A stretch of DNA of 64,000 nucleotides, taken from assembly GCA_013152835.1 (NCBI GenBank), contig JAADFQ010000237.1:138-64137 (forward strand), in the 5' to 3' direction. This document shows positions 46,221 through 53,825 of the stretch, piece after piece. The notes beneath the pieces are model-generated. The model was not told the DNA's origin, did no database searches, and saw nothing but the letters and a program-made list of their open reading frames with translations. Origin of the DNA: FCB group bacterium. GTDB taxonomy: Bacteria; Fidelibacterota; Marinisomatia; Marinisomatales; J089. Both the position numbers and the translations under genes were made by a program. Position 1 is the stretch's first letter. The number at the start of each line of letters is the position of its first letter.

Positions 46221-46256
46221 AAGAAAAAAGCCCGCATAGTGCGGGCCTTTCTCTTT
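46221..46256. terminator. bidirectional rho-independent terminator
   Basis: GCCCGC (46230-46235) and GCGGGC (46241-46246) form a stem with an ATAGT loop. An A-run lies upstream and a T-rich run downstream. It sits between convergent genes. Confidence 0.65.
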
Positions 46257-46275
46257 ATAAATGAAATGAAGCTAC

Positions 46276-46686
46276 TTATGGAGCCGAAGTTGAGCGGGTA
46301 CCGATTGTTCCGGTACTGGACGAATAAGACCAATAATATTTACTCGCGTCGCTTCGCTGGTGATAAACATAATTATTTGTGGAGTTAAATCCCCATGTAT
46401 CATTTCCGGCCGGCGTGGGTGCGGTGGAGGTGTATCCTGTGGGTGTTTGATCCAAACCGTCAAAAGGATCGGTAGGATAAACCTGACCGTTTCCGGAGGC
46501 CATCTCATTAACACTATAGGTGTAAACACCGGATCGTAAGCCACCAATTACGCCATCTTCAGCCGATATATGGGCTTGATTTGTTAGATTTGCAAACTTA
46601 GGTATAGCGACAGCTGCCAGAATACCTAAGATGACAATTACCATGACCAATTCGATCAGGGTAAATCCTTCCTGGTTACGTTTCAT
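46276..46686 (-). CDS. type IV pilin / pseudopilin (136 aa), probable major subunit
   Basis: AGGAG precedes the ATG. MKRNQEG|FTLIELVMVIVILGILAAVAIPKF is a classical class III signal. The C-terminal part is Ser/Thr/Tyr-rich and has no Cys. Confidence 0.9.
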   Translation of the reverse strand: MKRNQEGFTLIELVMVIVILGILAAVAIPKFANLTNQAHISAEDGVIGGLRSGVYTYSVNEMASGNGQVYPTDPFDGLDQTPTGYTSTAPTPAGNDTWGFNSTNNYVYHQRSDASKYYWSYSSSTGTIGTRSTSAP

Positions 46687-46753
46687 TTGTTATCTCCTGT
46701 CTTATTCTTATTCTAATTAGTGAAATTTTTCTTTTTTCTTACTGTTAATTTCT

Positions 46754-46768
46754 TCAATAACCATGCCA
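46754..46768 (-). promoter_or_regulatory. sigma-54 (-24/-12) promoter candidate for the small pilin gene
   Basis: The minus strand reads TGGCAT-GGTTA-TTGA, the same layout as the 8036 element. It lies ~70 nt upstream of the pilin ATG, and a sigma-54 activator gene is two genes upstream. Confidence 0.6.
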
Positions 46769-46810
46769 AATATTATTACCGAGGGAAAATTCTTAGCACC
46801 CGGAGGATAG

Positions 46811-46827
46811 TGTTTCATATTGAAACA
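46811..46827. promoter_or_regulatory. perfect inverted repeat TGTTTCA-N3-TGAAACA (candidate activator site)
   Basis: Perfect 7-bp arms with a 3-bp spacer, located ~45-60 bp upstream of the -24 element and 17 nt after the pilC stop. Confidence 0.4.
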
Positions 46828-46843
46828 GTGTTGCAACGTCGAA

Positions 46844-48073
46844 TTATCCCCCCGGTCCCCCCTGAAAGGCTTCAATCATACCCCACATGGGCATAAACAT
46901 ACCTGCCGCGAGGAGGGCCACAAGACCTCCGATAATAATTGTCATGACAGGCTCAATGGCGGCCATTAATCCATCAACTGCATCATCCACTAAACTATCG
47001 TAATGTTCCGAAACATTCACCAGCATTTCATCCAGGGATCCTGATTCTTCTCCGACGGATATCATTTGGATAACCAGGGGAGGGAACATTTTACTTTTGC
47101 GGAAAGGGATGGTTAATCCTTGGCCCTGTTTAACGCCGATGGCAATTTCATTAATAGCTTTTTCCACAACCTTATTTCCGGTGGATTTGGCCCCGATTTC
47201 CAGGGATTGAAGAATGGGTAAGCCACTTCTATTCAGTGTTTGCAGGGTAGAAGTAAAGCGGGCGATGGATACCATGTGAAATAATTTACCAAAAACGATG
47301 ACATGGAGTTTAAATCGGTCCCAATTAAAACGACCCTGCTCAGTATGAATATAATAATTGAATAGAAATCCGATGGCCAGAATTCCACCAAAAATCATGT
47401 ACCAGTAATTTTGAAACGCATTACTGATACCAATCAGAATGCGTGTTGGCAGGGGTAGTTCCGCCTGTCCACCCATGGCAAACATTTTGATGAAATTGGG
47501 AAGGACAAAAGTGATAATGATAACAAATGCAATAACAATTGCCGTCATAACCATCATTGGATAACGAAGTGCTTTCTTGATCCGTCGTTGAATGTCCGAT
47601 TGACGGCCAAGCTGATCATTTAACTTGAGTAACACTTCTTCCATGGCACCGGCTTCTTCACCGGCTTTCGTGCTATGAATGAAAAATTCAGGGAAAACAT
47701 CCGGGTGTTTTGATAGGGCTTCCGAAAAACTCAAGCCACCCTCCAGATCACGATAAACCGAATCCAAAACCGCTTTAAAGGCGGCGGTTTCGGCCTGTTC
47801 TTTAAGCGCACTGATGGAGGTTAACACCGGTACACCGGCATGTTCCAAAGTATGGAGCTGTTTCGTGAAATTCATCACTTCCTGGATAGGTACTTTTTGA
47901 AATCGCTGCAGGAATACACTGATCGCGGATTCTTTCTTTTCTTTTACTTTGATCGGTGTGTATTCAAGACTGTTTTGTAAATAATCCAGGGCCTCTCCGT
48001 AATTGGAGGCTTCAAAATCTCCAGTAACTAAAAGTCCGGAACCATCGATAGCTTTGTAAGAATAAGTTGCCAT
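46844..48073 (-). CDS. pilC: PilC/GspF platform protein
   Basis: Two T2SSF repeats (LHTLEHAGVPVLTSISAL...; LQTLNRSGLPILQSLEIG...), three TM regions, and the typical C-terminus GMFMPMWGMIEA. Confidence 0.9.
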   Translation of the reverse strand: MATYSYKAIDGSGLLVTGDFEASNYGEALDYLQNSLEYTPIKVKEKKESAISVFLQRFQKVPIQEVMNFTKQLHTLEHAGVPVLTSISALKEQAETAAFKAVLDSVYRDLEGGLSFSEALSKHPDVFPEFFIHSTKAGEEAGAMEEVLLKLNDQLGRQSDIQRRIKKALRYPMMVMTAIVIAFVIIITFVLPNFIKMFAMGGQAELPLPTRILIGISNAFQNYWYMIFGGILAIGFLFNYYIHTEQGRFNWDRFKLHVIVFGKLFHMVSIARFTSTLQTLNRSGLPILQSLEIGAKSTGNKVVEKAINEIAIGVKQGQGLTIPFRKSKMFPPLVIQMISVGEESGSLDEMLVNVSEHYDSLVDDAVDGLMAAIEPVMTIIIGGLVALLAAGMFMPMWGMIEAFQGGPGG

Positions 48074-48075
48074 AG

Positions 48076-49293
48076 TTATGCCCGTGGTCCTTCGTATTTA
48101 ATCTTGTAACGTTCCATTTTACGCCAAACCGTGACGCGACTTAACCCCAATTTCTTTGCGGCGGCGGTAATATTACCGCCAACTTCTGTCAGAGCATTCA
48201 GGATTGCTTTTCGTTCCATATCTTCGATGGAAGATATTTTACGTGGTTTTGATGATGATCCATCTGAAAATGTATCCATTTTTTGCAAAGGTTCCATTAA
48301 TGCGGCTACGGTCTTGGCTTCCAAATGGGAGCCTTCGGAGAATAAGGCGGCGCGGGTTAAGAAACTTTCAAATTGACGAATATTCCCAGGCCATGAATAG
48401 GAATGGAGAATAGACAGGATTTCCAGGTCAAAAGATTGAATATTACGTCTGTTTTTTCTATTGGTACGGTGTAGGAAATACACCATCAGGGGGAGAAAAT
48501 CACCATAGCGTTCCCGCAGAGGAGGAACCAGAATAGTAAAATTATTTATTCGATAATATAAATCTAATCGGAAGCGATTAATTTTTATAGCCTGATCAAG
48601 ATCCTTATTGGAAGCAGAGATAATTCGGACATCTGCTTTTCGTGGTTCATTGCTGCCGATTCGCTCGAATTCCTGGAGTTCTACTACCCGCAGGATTTTG
48701 CTTTGCATTAACAGATCCATGTCTGCAATCTCATCCAAAAAGAGGGTTCCCTTATGGGCGTATTCGAATTTCCCCTTTTTGTGTATATTTGCTCCGGTAA
48801 AGGCGCCTTTTTCATACCCGAATAATTCGCTTTCCATCAGCTTTTCCGGTACAGCGGCGCAATTCAGGCTAACCATTTTTTCATTGGCCCTGAGACTTGT
48901 AAGGTGGACCAACCGGGCTACAAGTTCTTTTCCGGAACCGCTTTCCCCCTGGATTAAAACGGAAATATCCGTGTTTATTGTTCGCTCTAATGTATAGTAT
49001 AAATTCATCATGGCTGTGGAGGCACCGATTAGATTATTAATGCCGAATTTTTTACGTAGCTGAAACCGTTTCTGATCAATAATCGGGAATCCACCAAATT
49101 GCTCCAGAGCGCTTTGGATCAACTTATACAATATCTTCGGCGATGAAGATGACAGCAACCAGCGGTCACATCCGGAAAGTAAACAATCGTTTAGTATTTT
49201 AATATCGGGTTGAGAAACCCAGAGCCAGATCGGAATCCGATGAGGATGAGCCAAAAGACGTTTTATTGTATCTACGGGAGAAATTAAATCCAA
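48076..49293 (-). CDS. sigma-54-dependent activator (PilR-like) with degenerate receiver
   Basis: GESGSGKELVA, ESELFGYEKGAFTGA, and a C-terminal HTH AAKKLGLSRVTVWRKMERYKI. The track start is a TTG. The frame stays open for a further 68 codons (to 49497) that encode receiver-like sequence (see finding). Confidence 0.85.
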   Translation of the reverse strand: MDLISPVDTIKRLLAHPHRIPIWLWVSQPDIKILNDCLLSGCDRWLLSSSSPKILYKLIQSALEQFGGFPIIDQKRFQLRKKFGINNLIGASTAMMNLYYTLERTINTDISVLIQGESGSGKELVARLVHLTSLRANEKMVSLNCAAVPEKLMESELFGYEKGAFTGANIHKKGKFEYAHKGTLFLDEIADMDLLMQSKILRVVELQEFERIGSNEPRKADVRIISASNKDLDQAIKINRFRLDLYYRINNFTILVPPLRERYGDFLPLMVYFLHRTNRKNRRNIQSFDLEILSILHSYSWPGNIRQFESFLTRAALFSEGSHLEAKTVAALMEPLQKMDTFSDGSSSKPRKISSIEDMERKAILNALTEVGGNITAAAKKLGLSRVTVWRKMERYKIKYEGPRA

Positions 49294-49493
49294 CTGATCG
49301 CTGACGATTACTCCATCGATCGGATTAAGTTGTAAATAATTTAATGAATCATATCCACTGTCGACCGAATGAGTCTGGATTGATGGGTTTTCCAGGGTTT
49401 CTAATAGGGCATGAATCGCCCTTGTTCTTTTTCCGACGACAAGGATATGCTTTATGCCGGAAAGCTCATCCTTTGATTTATATGAATCCGCCG

Positions 49494-51146
49494 TCAGGAT
49501 GATACCCTAAATACTTCGTCCAACGATGTAACGCCCTGAATCACCTTTCGAATTCCATCGAACTTTAATTGAATCAATCCTTCTTCCAGGGCTTTATCCA
49601 GAAGGGTGTCGTATCCGGCTTTGGCGACAATCAGCCTCCGGATTTCTTCAGTGAAGACCAATATTTCATATAAACCCACACGACCTTTATAGCCGGTTTG
49701 ACGACAATGTTTACATCCCTGTCCCTTATAGAATTTTATTTTTTGCTTAATATTAGCCAGATTGAGTTCTTCCAATACTGCTTGATCCGGTTCATAAGCT
49801 ATTTTACACTGATCACATATTTTTCGTACTAATCGCTGGGCAACAATTGCTTTTGTCGAACTGGCGACAAGAAAATGCTCAACACCCATTTCGATCAATC
49901 GGGTGGCCGAACTCACGGTATCATTCGTATGCAAGGTGCTGAGTACCAGGTGTCCGGTCATGGCAGCCTGCACGGCAACCGTGGCGGTCTCACCATCCCG
50001 GATTTCTCCCACCATGATAATGTCCGGGTCCTGTCGCAAAATAGAGCGTAGACCGGCGGCGAATGTTAGTCCGATTTTATGATTTACGTTAGACTGACGA
50101 ACCAGCGGTAAGCGATATTCAACCGGGTCTTCAATAGTAATAATATTCTTATCCGGTGTATTGATTGTATTGAGAGCCGCATACAGAGTAGTGGATTTTC
50201 CCGATCCGGTAGGACCCGTAACCAGAATGATCCCATTGGGTTCAAAGAGAACACGGTTAAATGTCTTTAACATTTCGGGGGCCATTCCCAGGTCAGCCAG
50301 TTTCATATGAATACTGCTTTGATCCAGGATACGAATAACCACATTTTCGCCGTATACGGTGGGTAAGGTCGATACACGGAAATCGAAACGATTTTCTCCG
50401 ATTGTCATATTGAAACGCCCATCCTGCGGGACTCGTTTCTCGGTAATATTCAGGTTTGACATGACTTTTACCCGAGATATGATTTCATCCTGCAGGTCTG
50501 CCGGATGATGGTAAATATTTTGCATAACACCATCAACCCGGTACCGTACACGGAGCTCGGTTTCTTCAGGTTCAATATGGATATCACTGGCCTTCATTTT
50601 CACGGCCTGATGGAACATAAGCTCCACCAGTTTAATCATCGGTGATTCTTCTCCGGATGTTGGTTTCTTATCCCGATCCAGAATCCGGATTTTCTCCATT
50701 ACGGTATCCATATCCCGTGATGTACCATAAATTTCATCCAGGGATTCCATGATTTCGCTCTCGGCGCAGAGAGTAGGTTCAATTTCCATTTTCGTCATCC
50801 GGGATAACTCATCGAAAATGTCAATATTGGATGGATCGGGAATACCAATCATCAGCGTGGAATCAATTTTGAACAATGGAATGATTTTATTATGGCGGGC
50901 ATAATCTTCCGGAATCAATGTTTTGACTTCCGGATCAAAATTGTAATTATTCAGAAAAAGATAAGGGAGATTAAGTTGTTGACTGAGGGCAATAATAAAA
51001 TCATGTTCGGATAAAAAACCAAGTCGGGTAATTACTTTCCCAAGCGGTTCTCCGGTTTCTTTTTGTTTTTTCAGTCCTTCATGCAATTGCTCCGGTGTGA
51101 TAGCACCGGCATCAATGAGCATTTCACCAATTCGTTTTTTTGCCAT
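49494..51146 (-). CDS. pilB: PilB/MshE-type assembly ATPase with MshEN-like N-terminal domain
   Basis: GPTGSGKSTT, VGEIRD and STLHTND, with a tetracysteine cluster CDQC...CKHC. The N-terminus RIGEMLIDAGAITPEQLHEGLKKQ...PLGKVITRLGFLSEHDFIIALSQQ resembles the MshEN motif. Confidence 0.9.
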   Translation of the reverse strand: MAKKRIGEMLIDAGAITPEQLHEGLKKQKETGEPLGKVITRLGFLSEHDFIIALSQQLNLPYLFLNNYNFDPEVKTLIPEDYARHNKIIPLFKIDSTLMIGIPDPSNIDIFDELSRMTKMEIEPTLCAESEIMESLDEIYGTSRDMDTVMEKIRILDRDKKPTSGEESPMIKLVELMFHQAVKMKASDIHIEPEETELRVRYRVDGVMQNIYHHPADLQDEIISRVKVMSNLNITEKRVPQDGRFNMTIGENRFDFRVSTLPTVYGENVVIRILDQSSIHMKLADLGMAPEMLKTFNRVLFEPNGIILVTGPTGSGKSTTLYAALNTINTPDKNIITIEDPVEYRLPLVRQSNVNHKIGLTFAAGLRSILRQDPDIIMVGEIRDGETATVAVQAAMTGHLVLSTLHTNDTVSSATRLIEMGVEHFLVASSTKAIVAQRLVRKICDQCKIAYEPDQAVLEELNLANIKQKIKFYKGQGCKHCRQTGYKGRVGLYEILVFTEEIRRLIVAKAGYDTLLDKALEEGLIQLKFDGIRKVIQGVTSLDEVFRVSS

Positions 51147-51154
51147 AATCAGAT

Positions 51155-51946
51155 TTACGAACTCAAGTGCAGGAAATTTAGATATATTTCCATGAGTTTG
51201 TTACCCCAAAATAGCATTCCGATGGCTGCCCATGAAAAATAGAATCCAAAGGGGTAACGTTCATCAGGTCGGGGATGAAACCGGATGACCGCTTTGATTG
51301 CATAAACCAGGACAATTAACACGGCGCCGAAAAAAAAACTAAGCAAGGTTAATTGCCATCCTAAAAATACGCCGATCAATCCGGCCAGCTTAATATCGCC
51401 TAAACCCATGGATTCCTTGCGGAAGAGAATATTCCCCAATCCGCGTATGACCAGCAGACTTCCGGCTCCTACTATGCCACCGATAATGGCTGATATCAGT
51501 ATTGAAAAATTCATGGATACAGCCGATAATAAAAGTCCCGCGACAATTCCGGAATAGGATAGTACGTCAAAAATCAGGAATTCGTCATAATCGATAAAAG
51601 CGATAGGAATCAGGAATCCAATCAACACAATTGCAATTGCTGAATTCAAAGAAATACCGAAAAGTAGAACTGAATACCCAAACAACAACCCGGTAAGTCC
51701 TTCCACCAGCGGATACCGCCAGGAAATGGATTTACGGCATTCCGAGCAACGTCCTCTGAGCAGGATAAAACTGAGGATAGGGATATTTTGCCACCAACGA
51801 ATCGGTGTTTCACAATAGGGACAATGGGAAGATGGAAAAATGATCGATTTGCCCTGGGGGATACGAACAATAACAACGTTCAAAAACGAACCGACTATAA
51901 GTCCAAAAACAACAGCAACAAAAATAGATATGGACTCAGGCCACAA
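51155..51946 (-). CDS. pilD: prepilin peptidase (A24 family)
   Basis: Cys motifs CPYC...CSEC, the catalytic Asp context MGLGDIKLAGLIG, and a polytopic topology. Confidence 0.9.
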   Translation of the reverse strand: MWPESISIFVAVVFGLIVGSFLNVVIVRIPQGKSIIFPSSHCPYCETPIRWWQNIPILSFILLRGRCSECRKSISWRYPLVEGLTGLLFGYSVLLFGISLNSAIAIVLIGFLIPIAFIDYDEFLIFDVLSYSGIVAGLLLSAVSMNFSILISAIIGGIVGAGSLLVIRGLGNILFRKESMGLGDIKLAGLIGVFLGWQLTLLSFFFGAVLIVLVYAIKAVIRFHPRPDERYPFGFYFSWAAIGMLFWGNKLMEIYLNFLHLSS

Positions 51947-52301
51947 GCGCTTTAACCTGATCGATCAACTGCTGATTTTTAAATGGTTTTGTAAGATAGG
52001 CATCAGCACCCATAGCTTTTCCGGTTTTTTCATCTTTCTCATCGGTTTTCGCCGTAAGCATCAGGATCGGAGTATTTTGGAAGGATTCATCAAATTTCAA
52101 TAGACGGCTGAGTTTAAATCCGTCCAGTTTGGGAAGCATTACATCAAGAATAATGAGATCGGGTTTTTCCGTCCGCGCTTTTTGAAGACCGTCAAGTCCA
52201 TCATTGGCTTCCAGGATTTCGAAACCTATTTTGGTTAGAAAAGCCCGGATTAAATTGACGATATTAGGATCGTCATCCACAACCAGGATACGTTTTTGCA
52301 T
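51936..52301 (-). CDS. single-domain CheY-like response regulator
   Basis: GGAGGT lies 4 nt upstream of the ATG at 52301 (MQKRILVVDDDPNIV...). Acceptor context LIILDVMLPKLDG, then LTAKTD and KPF. Confidence 0.85.
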   Translation of the reverse strand: MQKRILVVDDDPNIVNLIRAFLTKIGFEILEANDGLDGLQKARTEKPDLIILDVMLPKLDGFKLSRLLKFDESFQNTPILMLTAKTDEKDEKTGKAMGADAYLTKPFKNQQLIDQVKALVA

Positions 52302-52317
52302 AGTTACCTCCGTCTGA

Positions 52318-52593
52318 TTAGAATCCTGCTTTTTCCAGGAGTTCAACCCATAAATTCTTTGGATAATAATGTTTGCAGATACTTTTTTTGATCACGGTAT
52401 GTTTCCAGACTCTGCAATAACCGTCAAAGAAAGATTGAGTAGATTGGAATTTAGAACAATTGGAGCATTTCCGAACATGACTTCGGTAAACGCCATTTCC
52501 TGTAGTAAAAAAAAAGCGCCAGCTTAAGAAAAACACCATGAACATGATAAACATGACGGCGGCCCAGAAGAGCATTTCTTTCGTAAGGATCAT
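52318..52593 (-). CDS. small membrane-anchored Cys-rich protein
   Basis: TM helix FWAAVMFIMFMVFFLSW, then CSNC...C...C (RKCSNCSKFQSTQSFFDGYCRVWKHTVIKKSICKHY). The start overlaps the upstream stop. Confidence 0.45.
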   Translation of the reverse strand: MILTKEMLFWAAVMFIMFMVFFLSWRFFFTTGNGVYRSHVRKCSNCSKFQSTQSFFDGYCRVWKHTVIKKSICKHYYPKNLWVELLEKAGF

Positions 52594-53825
52594 GGCTGCT
52601 CGATGTTGAAAATCTGTTTTCGTATGGGAATTTTAATAATTTGTCCGGGATAAATAGAATCAGGATTGGCAATCTGGTCTTTATTTGCCAGGTACAGAAT
52701 CCGCCAGCTATAGGGATTCCTGAATTCCGGAGCATTGGTGGCAATGCTCCACAGATGATCGCCCGGAACAACAAGATGATAGCGGTAAGCATTATATCCG
52801 GCCAGGACATCAAAGACCAGACTGTCCTGGGTATCGAGAATGGAATTTCGCTGCGCGGTTAATTTTTGATAAATATCTTGCTGTAATTCACCAAATGATT
52901 CCGTATTCAGTAGAAGCGATTGTTTCATGAGCACCGTATCCCGGCGTACAATCCAATCTTTATAGGTTACTATATTGGTGTCCTTTTGACCTACATTTTT
53001 TGCAAATAAATCCAGTCGGAAGAAAAAGAAATCTCGTTGCTTCAGCGTCATATCAAGATCAGGCGTTTGATTGTGTAAAATAGCTACGCTGTCATCCAGG
53101 GCGGCCAGCAGAGAATCACGGACCTGAATTAAATCCAGATATTCATTAAGATAAAAATTATCCCAGAGTCGTTTGGGGATCTTTTGTTTTTCCAGGTCTG
53201 TTTTGATGCGATCCAATTCGACTTCAAAATCAGAATTTCTCTGCTCCAATTCTTCAATCCGGGCATAATAGTCCGTATTCTTGTCTTCCAATCCTTTTAA
53301 TCGATTGAGATAATCATCATTGCGTTTTTTCAGAACATTCAGTTTCAGTTGCATTTGATCGAGGTCTTTCATGAGACCTTGTTTTTCCGCATACAAAGCT
53401 TTGAGTGAATCTTCAAGAAGGTCCCAAATAGTCCATTGTCGTGGGCGGATATTTTGAGCGATCAAATAAATATTTCCCAGATCATAAATAGAATCCTTAA
53501 CGGCACGAGGATTGACGCTACGCATTGCCTGGGCAAGAATGGTGGGTGTGATACGGCGGGAAAAATCAAATTGGAACTTCAGTTTATAGGCTTGAAAATC
53601 GCGGGTTATTTCTATTGGAATGGCAAATCGCCCTTCATCGTCAGTATAGTCCAAAATGACTTCCTCCGGACCGTTGACCCGAACAGTGCATTGTTTAACA
53701 ACATAGGCTTTTCCATTGGATTCGTAGAACACACGTCCGATAACAGTTGCATCTCTGGCCTCCGGAATGCCGGAGGTTGCGGCAAGCAGCCAGGACAAAC
53801 AGAATACCGGGACAAGTACCTTCAA
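52590..53825 (-). CDS. secreted coiled-coil protein with C-terminal LysM domain (TsaP/FimV-like role?)
   Basis: A TTG at 53825 overlaps the pilT stop (TTGA) and yields the signal peptide MKVLVPVFCLSWLLAATSG. A CarboxypepD_reg-like segment VIGRVFYESNGKAY...DDEGRFAIPI, then coiled coil (LNVLKKRNDDYLNRLKGLEDKN...). LysM-like YHLVVPGDHLWSIA...YPGQIIKIP. Confidence 0.7.
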   Translation of the reverse strand: MKVLVPVFCLSWLLAATSGIPEARDATVIGRVFYESNGKAYVVKQCTVRVNGPEEVILDYTDDEGRFAIPIEITRDFQAYKLKFQFDFSRRITPTILAQAMRSVNPRAVKDSIYDLGNIYLIAQNIRPRQWTIWDLLEDSLKALYAEKQGLMKDLDQMQLKLNVLKKRNDDYLNRLKGLEDKNTDYYARIEELEQRNSDFEVELDRIKTDLEKQKIPKRLWDNFYLNEYLDLIQVRDSLLAALDDSVAILHNQTPDLDMTLKQRDFFFFRLDLFAKNVGQKDTNIVTYKDWIVRRDTVLMKQSLLLNTESFGELQQDIYQKLTAQRNSILDTQDSLVFDVLAGYNAYRYHLVVPGDHLWSIATNAPEFRNPYSWRILYLANKDQIANPDSIYPGQIIKIPIRKQIFNIEQP

